Positions 48,739 to 59,073 are shown, numbered from the stretch's first letter. The stretch: DNA of 64,000 bases from Candidatus Uhrbacteria bacterium RIFOXYB12_FULL_58_10 (GCA_943359455.1 CALRHL010000002.1:7665-71664), one strand, 5' to 3'. Translations and numbers: made by a program. The notes: a model not told the origin generated them from the sequence alone.

Positions 48739-49602
48739 ATGTTCTCCTCCATCATTGGTCATCAAAACGTCTGTTCTGTCCTGTCCCGCCAGATTGAAAC
48801 TGGACAGATGGCGCATGCCTACCTGTTTGTTGGTCCAGAAGGCGTGGGGAAGAGTGCGGTAACGAGCGAGTTCATAGGGACTTTAGTCCCGTCGGGTACG
48901 GACGCCACTAAAGTGGCTAGGAATTTTGACGAAAAAACAGAAAAATTGAAAAGTTCGATTTCTGTCGAGCAGATTCGAGAACTGCGTGAAAGGCTTTCCC
49001 TCACTTCGTTTGATGGATCAAAAAAAATGGTTTTTATTGAAGAGGCGGATTATTTATCCGATAGTGCCGCGAATGCACTTCTGAAGACTCTCGAAGAACC
49101 ACGAGGAGATACTTGCATTATTTTGCGCGCAGAAACCGTTGAGTCTGTTGCTGAAACAATCGCGTCTCGATGTCAGATTCTGCGATTTCATCTTGTGCCA
49201 GAAAAAATAATCCGTGATGCACTTCGCACACGAGGCCTTGAACAAGAAGAAGCGATGAAAATAGCAACGATGTCTCGTGGTCGTCCTGGTGTTGCCCTTC
49301 GACTGATTCGAGATGGTGCCTATCGAGCACAACGAGAAACAGCGCACGCGACCTTTCAAACAATCATGTCTTCTTCACTTCCAAAACGTTTAGGACTTGT
49401 TGCAAGCCTTCTTCCAAAAACCGAAACAGACAAATCTTCCGCTCTCGAAAAAATCCTCGATACCTGGGAAGAGGTCGCTCGTGATAGAATGCTGGACGGA
49501 GATTCTCGGTTCACACCAATCCTTGACAGGATACGCGAATCAAGAGAAGCAATGGAGTTTAATATAAATCCTCAGCTCGCCCTCGAGCACGTCGTTATTT
49601 AA
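48739..49602 (+). CDS. holB: DNA polymerase III subunit delta'
   Basis: HAYLF.GP.GVGK, AANALLKTLEEP, TIASRCQ. Confidence 0.88.
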   Translation: MFSSIIGHQNVCSVLSRQIETGQMAHAYLFVGPEGVGKSAVTSEFIGTLVPSGTDATKVARNFDEKTEKLKSSISVEQIRELRERLSLTSFDGSKKMVFIEEADYLSDSAANALLKTLEEPRGDTCIILRAETVESVAETIASRCQILRFHLVPEKIIRDALRTRGLEQEEAMKIATMSRGRPGVALRLIRDGAYRAQRETAHATFQTIMSSSLPKRLGLVASLLPKTETDKSSALEKILDTWEEVARDRMLDGDSRFTPILDRIRESREAMEFNINPQLALEHVVI

Positions 49603-49605
49603 CAT

Positions 49606-50664
49606 ATGCGCATTTCAAAAATCATTATTCTCTTTTCAAGCTTCGCGCTTATCGGCGCTGGATGCTTTGGTGGTGGAACAAAATCTACAGGAGCGGATGG
49701 TGGAGTTTTTAAAACGTTGGATGCAGGAGCGACATGGTCACAGAAAGCAGCGATTGTTTCTTCTTCTGGGGTTGGTTCTATCGCTTCGACGAATATCCTC
49801 AATTTGGAAATCGATCCGCAAGATTCTCGAACGTTGTATGCGGGGAGCTTTGAGCATGGAATGTTTTATACGATCGATGGAGCAACAACATGGCAACAGC
49901 CTCGAGAAGCTGGACTGAAGGAAGGAACGATTTCTGCTATAGAAGTTGATCCGAAAGATGTGTGCACGGTTTACGTTGCAAAAGGTCAGCGACTGTTTAA
50001 GTCATTCGATTGTTTGCGATCGTTCACTTCAGAGGCATACATTGAAACTCGCACGAATGTGAGTGTGCGTCGCATTGCCGTTGATTGGTATAATCCACTC
50101 ATTGTGTGGATGGGACTTTCAAATGGAGATGTCCTCAAAAGTGAGGATGGTGGGGTGCGTTGGCAGTCGTCGCTCGCTGGAAAAAGTGCGGTTACAGGGA
50201 TCTTGGTGAACAATGCTGATAGTCGTGTTGTGCTTGTGGCAACCGAGGGTGGTGGGTTTTACAAAACGATCGATTCGGGTGTGACATGGACGCATGTGAG
50301 CGATGAGTTGAAAGATTTCAAAAAAGGAGCTAGTGTATCAACGATCGTGCAAAATAAAGATGGAAGTGTTCTTATTGCCGCGACAGGTTACGGACTTCTG
50401 CGATCAAAAGATTTTGGCTCAACCTGGGAAGGGATCACATTACTTTCCGCGCCAGGACAGGTAGAAATTTTCTCGATCGCGATGGATACCGCAAATACAG
50501 CCACGATCATGTATGCATCTGGAACGACATTCTATCGATCAATCGACAGTGGCGTCACCTGGACAACAGCAAAAATTTCCTCCGCGCGCACTCCTATGGC
50601 TATGTTGTTGGATCCATCCGATGCAAATAGTATCTATCTTGGCGTGATGAGCACGGAAAAATAA
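49606..50664 (+). CDS. lipoprotein with BNR/sortilin-like (YCF48-like) propeller
   Basis: LIGAGC lipobox; repeated S.D.G.TW Asp-boxes. Confidence 0.8.
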   Translation: MRISKIIILFSSFALIGAGCFGGGTKSTGADGGVFKTLDAGATWSQKAAIVSSSGVGSIASTNILNLEIDPQDSRTLYAGSFEHGMFYTIDGATTWQQPREAGLKEGTISAIEVDPKDVCTVYVAKGQRLFKSFDCLRSFTSEAYIETRTNVSVRRIAVDWYNPLIVWMGLSNGDVLKSEDGGVRWQSSLAGKSAVTGILVNNADSRVVLVATEGGGFYKTIDSGVTWTHVSDELKDFKKGASVSTIVQNKDGSVLIAATGYGLLRSKDFGSTWEGITLLSAPGQVEIFSIAMDTANTATIMYASGTTFYRSIDSGVTWTTAKISSARTPMAMLLDPSDANSIYLGVMSTEK

Positions 50665-50720
50665 TAAACAATAATCAGGTTCGTAGGTCCGTAGCGGTTC
50701 GTAGGTCCGTATCAAATTCT

Positions 50721-51275
50721 ATGCATCCATTTGTTCAGTCAAAGAAAGCAGATTATCAAGCATCACTCGATCATTTGCACAATGAGCTTGCTTCGTTGCG
50801 CACTGGAAGAGCCTCTCCTCAACTTGTTGAGAATATTCGCGTGGAAGCGTACGGATCAAACATGGAATTAAAATCAACCGCATCGATTACGGTGCAGGAT
50901 GCAAAAACGATCATCATCGAACCGTGGGACAAGTCGCTTCTGCAAACGATCGAAAAAGCGATTCGCGATGCCGACATCGGAGTTAATCCGGCGGTTGATG
51001 GTCAGATCATACGCATCAACCTTCCTCAGATGACAGAAGAAACGCGAAAAAAATTGGTCAAGATTTTGAAGGAAAAATGCGAAGAGACAAAAATTGCTTT
51101 GCGTGGAGTACGGGAATCTTGTCGGGACGCCGTCATGAAGCAGGAGAAGGAAAATGAAATTGCGGAGGATGTGAAGTTTAAGATGCTTGAGGAGTTGGAT
51201 AAGCTTACGAAAGAGTTTGTGGAAATGGTTGAATCGATTGCGGATAAAAAAGAGGCGGAGATTATGACGGTGTAA
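50721..51275 (+). CDS. frr: ribosome recycling factor
   Basis: LRTGRA, EPWDK, P.MTEE.RK, KKEAEIM. Confidence 0.95.
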   Translation: MHPFVQSKKADYQASLDHLHNELASLRTGRASPQLVENIRVEAYGSNMELKSTASITVQDAKTIIIEPWDKSLLQTIEKAIRDADIGVNPAVDGQIIRINLPQMTEETRKKLVKILKEKCEETKIALRGVRESCRDAVMKQEKENEIAEDVKFKMLEELDKLTKEFVEMVESIADKKEAEIMTV

Positions 51276-51276
51276 C

Positions 51277-51400
51277 GAGGGGCAACGGGGCCGACGTATA
51301 TGGGGCCCCGCTACGGAACACCCCGCTATCCTCACTTCGTCCAGTTACGGTGAGACTTCGCTCCGGTGAGCGGGGACCCCGTTCCTCCGCCCCCATATAC
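51277..51400. repeat. GC-rich palindromic intergenic element
   Basis: AACGGGG/CCCCGTT and GTATATGGGG/CCCCATATAC inverted arms. Confidence 0.5.
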
Positions 51401-51434
51401 TCCACGAGTTTCTGTAATAGATTATTGAACGATT

Positions 51435-52838
51435 ATGTCTGAACAGGTCACAATGGAAAAAATTGTTGCGCTTTGTAAGCAACGGGGGTTTGTTTTTCCG
51501 GGGTCGGAAATTTATGGGGGGCTTGCGAATTCTTGGGATTATGGTCCTTTGGGAGTTGAATTGAAAAATAATTTGAAACAAGCTTGGTGGAAGATGTTTG
51601 TGCATGAGCGTTTGGATATGGTTGGGCTTGATGCGGCGATATTGATGAACCCGCGTGTGTGGGAGGCGTCGGGGCATGTCGGTTCGTTTACCGACCCGCT
51701 TGTGGATTGTAAGGCATGTCATCAGCGGTTTCGTGGAGATAAGTTATTGGAAGATAAATTAGGTGTTGATTTGGTTGCGGGAATTAAACTTGAAGATGTG
51801 CAACCACGCATGATGTTAGAAAAAATTGGTTGTCCGGCCTGTAAGAAAATTGACTGGACTGAGGCCAAGCGATTCAATCTCATGTTCAAGACAAAGCAAG
51901 GAGTGATCGACGGTGAGGGTGCAGATATTTATCTGCGACCGGAAACCGCACAAGGTATTTTTGTAAATTTCAAAAATGTCGTACAAAGTCAGCTTATGCG
52001 TTTGCCATTTGGAATCGCGCAAATTGGAAAATCGTTTCGTAATGAAATTACTCCAGGAAATTTTACCTTCCGCACGCGGGAGTTTGAGCAGATGGAAATT
52101 GAATATTTTTTCGATCCAGAAGCGACTCCCTGGGAGCCGTTATTTGAAGATTGGAAAAAACAAACATGGGCGTTTATGTCCGAGGTGGTCGGATTAAAAG
52201 CAGATGAATTGCGATTCCGAGATCATGCCGCGGACGAGTTATCTCACTACTCAAAAGGAACAACAGATATCGAATTCGCCTTCCCGTGGGGTTGGGGAGA
52301 GTTGTGCGCGGCCGCGGCGTATCGCACCGATTACGACTTAACTCAGCATGCAGAGTTTAGCGGGGAGAATTTGCAGTATACCGATCCCGACGATAACAAG
52401 CGCAAGTTAACTCCCCACGTGATCGAGCCATCGTTTGGTCTCGATCGAACGTTGCTCGCACTTCTTTTGTCCGCGTACACCGAAGAAAAAGCACCAACCG
52501 CGGATGGGGGTGAAGATGTACGTGTGGTCATGAAATTTCCGTATCGCTTGGCTCCCGTGAAGATCGCTGTTCTTCCATTGTCAAAGAAGGATGAGTTGAC
52601 GTCGATTTCTCTTCCCCTTGCGGGACGTTTATCGAAACGATGGAGAGTTGATCATCATTCGTCACAATCTATCGGCAAACGGTATCGCCGACAGGATGAG
52701 GTTGGCACTCCCTACTGCATCACCGTCGACTTTGACACGATCACAGATCAGGCTGTCACCGTTCGCGATCGGGATACAATGAAGCAGGAGCGTATAAAAA
52801 TTGATGAACTTGAAAATTACTTCTCTCAAAAACTATGA
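51435..52838 (+). CDS. glyS: glycine--tRNA ligase (alpha2 type)
   Basis: SEIYGG, DYGPLG, YLRPETAQGIF, FRNEITP..F.FRTREFEQMEIE, IEPSFG, IGKRYRRQDE. Confidence 0.95.
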   Translation: MSEQVTMEKIVALCKQRGFVFPGSEIYGGLANSWDYGPLGVELKNNLKQAWWKMFVHERLDMVGLDAAILMNPRVWEASGHVGSFTDPLVDCKACHQRFRGDKLLEDKLGVDLVAGIKLEDVQPRMMLEKIGCPACKKIDWTEAKRFNLMFKTKQGVIDGEGADIYLRPETAQGIFVNFKNVVQSQLMRLPFGIAQIGKSFRNEITPGNFTFRTREFEQMEIEYFFDPEATPWEPLFEDWKKQTWAFMSEVVGLKADELRFRDHAADELSHYSKGTTDIEFAFPWGWGELCAAAAYRTDYDLTQHAEFSGENLQYTDPDDNKRKLTPHVIEPSFGLDRTLLALLLSAYTEEKAPTADGGEDVRVVMKFPYRLAPVKIAVLPLSKKDELTSISLPLAGRLSKRWRVDHHSSQSIGKRYRRQDEVGTPYCITVDFDTITDQAVTVRDRDTMKQERIKIDELENYFSQKL

Positions 52839-54106
52839 AAAAACCAATCGTTCTTTCCAATGGAATGCGAGTGCATATGCTGCCATTTTCTGGAACAGAG
52901 GCGGCGACCGTTCTTGTGTTAGTCAAAGTCGGTTCGCGTTATGAGTATCCTGCGATCAATGGCGCGTCGCATTACATCGAACATCTCATGTTCAAAGGAA
53001 CAAAGCGTCGACCGACCACGCTCGATATTTCTCGTGGACTTGATGCGGTTGGAGCTGAGTATAATGCGTTTACCGGAAAAGATTATACAGGATACTACAT
53101 CACGATCGAAGCAGGGAAGTTGCCGCTCGCAGTCGACATGCTCCACGACATGATGTTTCATTCGAAATACGATCCGGTTGAAATGGATCGTGAACGTAGC
53201 GTGATTATTGAGGAGATCAACATGTATCACGATAATCCGATGATGCATGTCGAAGAATTGCTCGAGCAAATTATGTTTGATGGTTCGACGCTTGGCTGGG
53301 ATATTGCAGGGTCACCGCAGACGATGCGCACCATGACGCGCGAACAGGTGATTGAGTTTCGCGATGCGTATTATGCTCCGTCCCGGATCGTGATTGGGGT
53401 TGCAGGGAAGGTGAATAAACAAACACTTGCTCTGATTAAAAAAACGTTCGGATCTGTTAAAGCAAAGTCAGAACCAGCATCGTTTGTGCCCCACACACAT
53501 CGTGCTTCTCATGCAGACGTCCCGTGCATGGTTCAGAATAAACCCGTTGATCAGTTGCAGGTCGCGCTTGGTTTTCCGTCGTTTGGCGCGGATGATACAC
53601 GTAATGCCGCTGTTGCAATTCTCTCAACAATTCTTGGGGGCACGATGTCGTCACGTCTATTTATTTCGGTTCGTGAGCGAAAAGGTCTCTGTTATTTCGT
53701 CCGTGCAGAAAATTCTTCGTACGACGATGTTGGTGTTTTTCAAATTCGATCCGGTCTTGATAAATCGCGTTTGAAAGAAGCAGTGAAAACGATTCTTGCA
53801 GAGGTTGAAAAAGTCAAAAAATCTGGCGTAACGACGCGTGAACTTAAAGAAGCAAAGGATAATTTTCGTGGTCGTATTTTACTCAAGCTTGAAGAGTCGA
53901 GCAATCGTGCGGATTGGTATGCACGACAAGAATTGATTCTAGACAGAGCAAAAACTCCAGAAGAGCGTATGGCAGAGATTGACGCAGTGACGGCGAGCGA
54001 GGTAAAAAAAGTAGCGAAAGAGATTTTAGATTTGAAACGCATGTCCGTAGCAGCGATCGGTCCATTCAAAAATGGAAAAGCATTTCTGAAGGCAGCAGGA
54101 CTATGA
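52835..54106 (+). CDS. M16 family (pitrilysin-like) peptidase
   Basis: HYIEH.MFKGT (HxxEH), NAFT, MSSRLF..VRE..GLCY. Confidence 0.92.
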   Translation: MKKPIVLSNGMRVHMLPFSGTEAATVLVLVKVGSRYEYPAINGASHYIEHLMFKGTKRRPTTLDISRGLDAVGAEYNAFTGKDYTGYYITIEAGKLPLAVDMLHDMMFHSKYDPVEMDRERSVIIEEINMYHDNPMMHVEELLEQIMFDGSTLGWDIAGSPQTMRTMTREQVIEFRDAYYAPSRIVIGVAGKVNKQTLALIKKTFGSVKAKSEPASFVPHTHRASHADVPCMVQNKPVDQLQVALGFPSFGADDTRNAAVAILSTILGGTMSSRLFISVRERKGLCYFVRAENSSYDDVGVFQIRSGLDKSRLKEAVKTILAEVEKVKKSGVTTRELKEAKDNFRGRILLKLEESSNRADWYARQELILDRAKTPEERMAEIDAVTASEVKKVAKEILDLKRMSVAAIGPFKNGKAFLKAAGL

Positions 54107-54885
54107 AAACAATCATCGGAAACTGGAAAATGAACGTTGGAACACGCGAATCTGTTGCGCTTGTTCGTGGGGTGTTGTTGGCGTTGCGGGGAAAAAAAAT
54201 GTTGCCGGAGGTGGTTGTGTGTCCGTCGTTTATGGCACTTGGAGAGGTGAGAAAAATTATTGCACATAGTCATGTTTTTCTTGGGGCACAGAATGTGCAT
54301 TTTGAAGATCACGGAGCGTTTACCGGAGAGATTTCTTCGCGCATGTTGTCTGAAGTAGGGGTGACACATGTGTTGCTCGGACATTCGGAACGACGAAATT
54401 TGTTTGGAGAAACCGATGAGATGGTGAATAAGAAATTGATTCATGCGTTGGCGGTTGGGTTGGTTCCGATTTTGTGTGTAGGGGAAGGTCAGGAGGCCCG
54501 AAGGCCAGGAGGCACAGAGGAAGCACAGAAAGTTGTTGCTGGTCAGTTACGAGGTGCGTTTAAGGGGTTGCATTTGCGTCATAAAGAGCGAATTCTGATT
54601 GCGTACGAACCTGTCTGGGCGATTGGGACTGGGGTTGCCGCTAAACCAGCGGATGCGGTTTCGATGCATGTGTTTATTCGCTCGCTTGTGCCAGATTTAT
54701 TGCCGGGAATTAAATCATCACAGTTCTCGATTCTCTATGGGGGAAGTGTTGATGGAGCGAATGCGTATGATTTTTTGCGTGAAGATGAAGTCGATGGCTT
54801 GCTCGTTGGTGGTGCATCCGTAAAACTGTCAGAATTTACCAAAGTCCTGCAATCCGCGATGGATGTCATCGAAGCGCGAGCATAA
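54103..54885 (+). CDS. tpiA: triosephosphate isomerase
   Basis: GNWKMN, GHSERR, AYEPVWAIGTG, YGGSV, LVGGAS. Confidence 0.95.
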   Translation: MKTIIGNWKMNVGTRESVALVRGVLLALRGKKMLPEVVVCPSFMALGEVRKIIAHSHVFLGAQNVHFEDHGAFTGEISSRMLSEVGVTHVLLGHSERRNLFGETDEMVNKKLIHALAVGLVPILCVGEGQEARRPGGTEEAQKVVAGQLRGAFKGLHLRHKERILIAYEPVWAIGTGVAAKPADAVSMHVFIRSLVPDLLPGIKSSQFSILYGGSVDGANAYDFLREDEVDGLLVGGASVKLSEFTKVLQSAMDVIEARA

Positions 54886-54888
54886 CGT

Positions 54889-55707
54889 ATGTGGTTATTT
54901 TTTTCTCTCCTCATTTTGATCGGTTCTCTTCTCACGATGACTCTGGTTATCGTTCTTAAAATTTCACAGCTTCGCATGATTGATGCCGCATCGATTCCAA
55001 CCGAACGTGTGAAGAGGATTAAGGAGCAAATAATTTTGCAGAAGTTCGAACGCATTGGGGCGCAAAAGATCGGTGTTGCGGCAAAAGTTGCCCGTCAGGC
55101 CGTGACAAGTGTTTCTAAAACAGGACGTCGCGCCGTGCAAAAGCTGTACGCGATGGAGCAGTATTATCAAAAACTAAAACACACCGCACCAGATGGCGCG
55201 CACGCGATTAATCCTGAAACCGTGAAGCGACTGCTGGATGAAGCGGATGATCTTGTTCGGCAAGAAGAATATATTCCTGCAGAGAAGCGTTATATTGAAA
55301 TTATCAGTCACAATCCAAAACATGTAAAGGCGTATGAGGGCCTTGGGAACTTGTATTTGCTTAACAAGCAATACAGTCAAGCGCGTGAGACATTATTGTT
55401 TACATTGCGATTGTCACCGGAAGATCCAAGTGTGTACATGAGTTTGTCTGAGGTCGAACAAGACGATGGAAACGAACATAAAGCCACAGAGTATTTGCGC
55501 AAAGTGGTCGCATTGCGCCCAACCAGCCCAAAATTTTTAGATCGCTATATCGAATCCGCCCTCGCGTCGCAATCAAGCGAAGATGCACAGAAAGGCCTCG
55601 CACTTCTCAAAGAAGCCAACCCAGAAAACCAAAAAATCCCCGAGTTCGAAGAACGCATAAAAGAACTCACAGGCGAGTCTTCCCAACAAGAAGCGCCTTT
55701 GATATAG
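54889..55707 (+). CDS. membrane-anchored TPR protein
   Basis: N-terminal TM; TPR-like AYEGLGNLY repeats. Confidence 0.8.
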   Translation: MWLFFSLLILIGSLLTMTLVIVLKISQLRMIDAASIPTERVKRIKEQIILQKFERIGAQKIGVAAKVARQAVTSVSKTGRRAVQKLYAMEQYYQKLKHTAPDGAHAINPETVKRLLDEADDLVRQEEYIPAEKRYIEIISHNPKHVKAYEGLGNLYLLNKQYSQARETLLFTLRLSPEDPSVYMSLSEVEQDDGNEHKATEYLRKVVALRPTSPKFLDRYIESALASQSSEDAQKGLALLKEANPENQKIPEFEERIKELTGESSQQEAPLI

Positions 55708-55731
55708 TTCCGGGACATTATTATTCTGTTA

Positions 55732-55854
55732 CACAAACACTGTAAAATTGTGAGGTGTTGGTGCGCAGCGAGCAGCGCAGTAAGGCGTACAAAGATGTAC
55801 GTCGTCGAGCAGCACAGCTGCAAACCAACAGATCGCAATTTTACAGTGTTTGTG
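55732..55854. repeat. long palindromic MITE-like element abutting tRNA-Thr
   Basis: CACAAACACTGTAAAATTG/CAATTTTACAGTGTTTGTG arms. Confidence 0.7.
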
Positions 55855-55929
55855 CCGTCATAGCTCAGTTGGTAGAGCGCATCCATGGTAAGGATGAGGT
55901 CATCGGTTCAATCCCGATTGACGGCTCCA
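55854..55929 (+). tRNA. tRNA-Thr(GGT)
   Basis: Cloverleaf, anticodon GGT, encoded CCA. Confidence 0.95.
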
Positions 55930-55958
55930 AAAAGAACTCTCGCGAGAGGGTTCTTTTT
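55930..55958. terminator. intrinsic terminator
   Basis: AAAAGAACTCTC/GAGGGTTCTTTT. Confidence 0.65.
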
Positions 55959-55975
55959 ATTTGTAAAGGTGATGC

Positions 55976-56534
55976 TCATATCTGTTCCTTCCACGATTCG
56001 TACGTTCCATTTTTTTTGAGGTTGTAGAAAACAAAACTTGCAACTGTGTTACCCCAACCTTCGCTTCCCTCGTTGTAGACCACCCCGTCATATCCTTGCT
56101 GCATCATAAAATCTGAGAACATGTATGCCCATGTCGGGGATGTAATGTTCGGACTCTTGAGTTTTACGCTACCCATCGTTCCGAGAAGAACACGTAAATC
56201 GATTGCAGATTCTTTCAGCGCTCTCTCGAGAAACGATACATAATCAATTTCTTGTGCATCAAATATTGCAGCGATATTGCCTTCACGTGGTTTTTTCTCA
56301 CGAAAATATTTCATGAAGGCAGTACGCCACGCCTCGGCAAGTTCATGCGGAAGGGGCGCATTAAACCCTTTTGCGTCTTTCCATCGGAGGTCTACTTCCG
56401 TGGAACAGCACATCGGGAGACCGTTCAAATTCCTCTCGCGACAATGTGCGAGGATCGCGCTCGCCGAGCATTCGTTCACCGACAGCTTCGCGTGCCTCCA
56501 GTGGGATTACCTCATCCGTTTCGATTGATTTCAT
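55976..56534 (-). pseudogene. frameshifted gene, ADP-ribosyltransferase-like
   Basis: Frame from 56534 reads MKSIETDEV...VLFHGSRP then stops; the other frame continues VDLRW...GYDGVVYNEG..SFVFYN. Confidence 0.5.
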
Positions 56535-57110
56535 AGGTTTTTCTTGTGTTACATGTTTTCTCTGGCAATAAACCGTTTTATGTTGTTTTCAACAAGGCAA
56601 GAAATTAATCCATCGTTAATTTAACGAAGAAACTTTTCGTATGGATATTTATAAGAAAAGTTTAGCATCTAACTTAAAATATATAAAACCATTCTCAAAT
56701 TTCGGTGCTGTTAGTTATTGTGATGAAGAAGAAACAATGGTTTGATGTATCGTGCAGTATAGAAGAAAGGATTTTACAACTTTTCTATGCTCAACTTAGC
56801 CAATATTTAAGATAGTTTCTAAATTGATTGTGAGAAATCAGGTTATTTCATGAATCGAGACACATCGCAATCGGTAATCAGTTTTGTACTCTAACTTCAA
56901 TATATCAGCGCATTAGTACGACTTATTAAAAGTTATCGGCCAAACTTTGAATAAGCGAATCCATCAGAAAAGTTTTCTCACATTCTTCCCAAGCACACAG
57001 CGGCGTCGATGGAGAAAAACCCTCTGATATCAGATGATTTAGCTCATCGGGTGCGCTCTTGCTTTTGTAATGGACAAATCCCCTCTAAAAAAACACTCCG
57101 TATGGAGTGT

Positions 57111-57575
57111 TTAGATGCCGAGCTGTTCGAAGCCTTCTTCTTCGAGCTGCATGATTTCATCTGAGGTGAATGGACGCATGGAGCTTGGGGGTTGCCAGTT
57201 TCGCTCCGTGGCAACGGTTACAAGCATGTAGGCCGCGAGTGCATCAAATGCGGTCATGCGCGATTCGTTTTCGAATCGACGACAGGTGTGGTACAGTGCC
57301 GTCTTGATGACCAAGTAACGCTTGATCAACGCGTCAGGATTTTTCGACTTCAAGAGGAAATCCTGGAGTGGAGTGGCGACTGCCATGAATCCGTCGATCG
57401 CAATGAGCCAGCCCGCGACGAGCAATGCGACGTCTTCGTAGTTTTTTACGTTTGCTGATCCAATCGAACCGATTGAGATAGCAATGACCTGCGTGCGTTC
57501 TTCGGGCGGCAAAGACATCGTTTCCATGATCGATTCAGGAGTCATGGGACATGCAGGATTGAGCGTTGAGTACAT
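57111..57575 (-). CDS. hypothetical protein
   Basis: GGAG SD before MYSTLNP; hairpin terminator near 57090-57112. Confidence 0.6.
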   Translation of the reverse strand: MYSTLNPACPMTPESIMETMSLPPEERTQVIAISIGSIGSANVKNYEDVALLVAGWLIAIDGFMAVATPLQDFLLKSKNPDALIKRYLVIKTALYHTCRRFENESRMTAFDALAAYMLVTVATERNWQPPSSMRPFTSDEIMQLEEEGFEQLGI

Positions 57576-57685
57576 CTTTTCTCCATGAGTCGTGTCACGA
57601 AATGTGACAAAGAAGCATAGCAGATAAAAGAGTATCTGTCTAGACATTCAAATGTAGATCATTTATAATCGCGTTTGCAAGCCAT

Positions 57686-57771
57686 GGGCAGATACTCAAG
57701 CGGTCAACGAGGAGAGACTGTAAATCTCTTGGCTCACGCCTTCGAAGGTTCGAATCCTTCTCTGCCCACCA
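57686..57771 (+). tRNA. tRNA-Tyr(GTA)
   Basis: Cloverleaf with long variable arm, anticodon GTA, CCA. Confidence 0.95.
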
Positions 57772-57776
57772 TCCCA

Positions 57777-57988
57777 CTTCGCTCTTCGAGCTACGTTAGG
57801 GATGTATCCCACAGAACAGGCGAAGTGGGATGCCCCTAACGAAGCTTGAGCAAAGCGAAGTGGGGCTCTGTTTCTATCCTTCGCTCTTCGAGCTACGTTA
57901 GGGATGTATCCCACAGAACAGGCGAAGTGGGATGCCCCTAACGAAGCTTGAGCAAAGCGAAGTGGGGCTCTGTTCCTATCCTTCGCTC
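57777..57988. repeat. 102-bp tandem repeat (2 copies plus partial)
   Basis: Units start at 57777, 57879 and 57981. Confidence 0.9.
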
Positions 57989-58008
57989 CTCAATCACCAG
58001 AAAAACCC

Positions 58009-58083
58009 GCCGCTTTAGCTCAGTGGTAGAGCAACACTTTTGTAAAGTGAAGGTCCCCGGTTCGAGCCCGGGAAGCGGCTCCA
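58009..58083 (+). tRNA. tRNA-Thr(TGT)
   Basis: Cloverleaf, anticodon TGT, CCA. Confidence 0.93.
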
Positions 58084-58142
58084 TTCGACTCCTTGACCAA
58101 TCTAGGCTGATTTGATACTGTTCTGGCATTGAAAAAACTATT

Positions 58143-58298
58143 ATGTCTCAAGATAACATCATTAAACTCGAATGCTCAACCTGTAAGAATGTTGGGTATA
58201 TGAGTCACAAGAATAAAAAGATGCTGAAGGAGCGTCTGGAGCTTAAGAAGTTTTGCAAGTGGTGTAAAACGCATATTCCTCACAAGGAAACGAAGTAA
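58143..58298 (+). CDS. rpmG: 50S ribosomal protein L33 (Zn-binding form)
   Basis: MSQDNIIKLECSTC...KN...RLELKKFCKWCKTH..HKETK; below the ORF-track length cutoff. Confidence 0.95.
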   Translation: MSQDNIIKLECSTCKNVGYMSHKNKKMLKERLELKKFCKWCKTHIPHKETK

Positions 58299-58369
58299 AA
58301 CCGCCTTTTGGCGGATTTTGCTTAAAAAAAGACCACGTGGCAACGCGACGTGGCAAGGAAGGGCGTGCG

Positions 58370-58921
58370 CTACCTCGAGTGGTACGCGATGGCGGTCTTG
58401 AGGTCTTCGAGATTGTGGGAGGGACCGCGGTTCGGTTTCGTCAGGCTATCGATCGACTTCCAGACGATCTTTCCGTTGACGATGAGGAGCAGACCGTTGC
58501 GGATGCGGTTTTGTTCTTCCTTCGGGATGTGAACATCGAGAAGGATTGCGAACTCGTGGCTCGGGATGAGTACCTGTTTTGCTCCACTGATACATTTGGC
58601 GTAGTGGATGTAGCTTCGGTACGCGTTGCCGTAGGTCGTTGGTTCGCCTGCGAGTATGTGAACCGTAACTGTTTCATTCGCGAATCTTTCCATGAGCGCC
58701 TGCATGGCGACACGGAAGTCGACGAGATCCTTGAACGTGGCGATGACCACGATTCCGTCACCCGAAGCGAGCTCGCTCGCATGTTTTCCATTCTCGACCG
58801 TTCCGGCGTGCCGGAATGTTGCCTCGGAAGGGAAGTTGATGAGCTCGTTGCTCGGGCCAGAAGTATCGATGCGGAGAGAATCCTCACCTTGATCGGCGAG
58901 GGGAGGGAGAGCGGTAGACAC
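58370..58921 (-). CDS. hypothetical protein
   Basis: 183-aa ORF, GAGGT before GTG start. Confidence 0.55.
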   Translation of the reverse strand: MSTALPPLADQGEDSLRIDTSGPSNELINFPSEATFRHAGTVENGKHASELASGDGIVVIATFKDLVDFRVAMQALMERFANETVTVHILAGEPTTYGNAYRSYIHYAKCISGAKQVLIPSHEFAILLDVHIPKEEQNRIRNGLLLIVNGKIVWKSIDSLTKPNRGPSHNLEDLKTAIAYHSR

Positions 58922-59073
58922 GTGCGTGACCTCATGACCGTTGTTTCAGAACGTGCTTCGAGCGGATCCCGAAAACACGAGGCGGAGTGTACCCTGCTTC
59001 TTGCGATGGGTCAAGATCGGTTTAAGCTGGCATGTTGGAACTACATAGGTTATGTGGTATACTTTGGTTTGAT

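Noticed and set aside
55732-55854. SRP (4.5S) RNA
   Set aside because: Lacks the CAGG..GNRA..AGCA domain IV arrangement
57777-57988. CRISPR array
   Set aside because: Units are 102-bp tandem copies without unique spacers, and no cas genes are present
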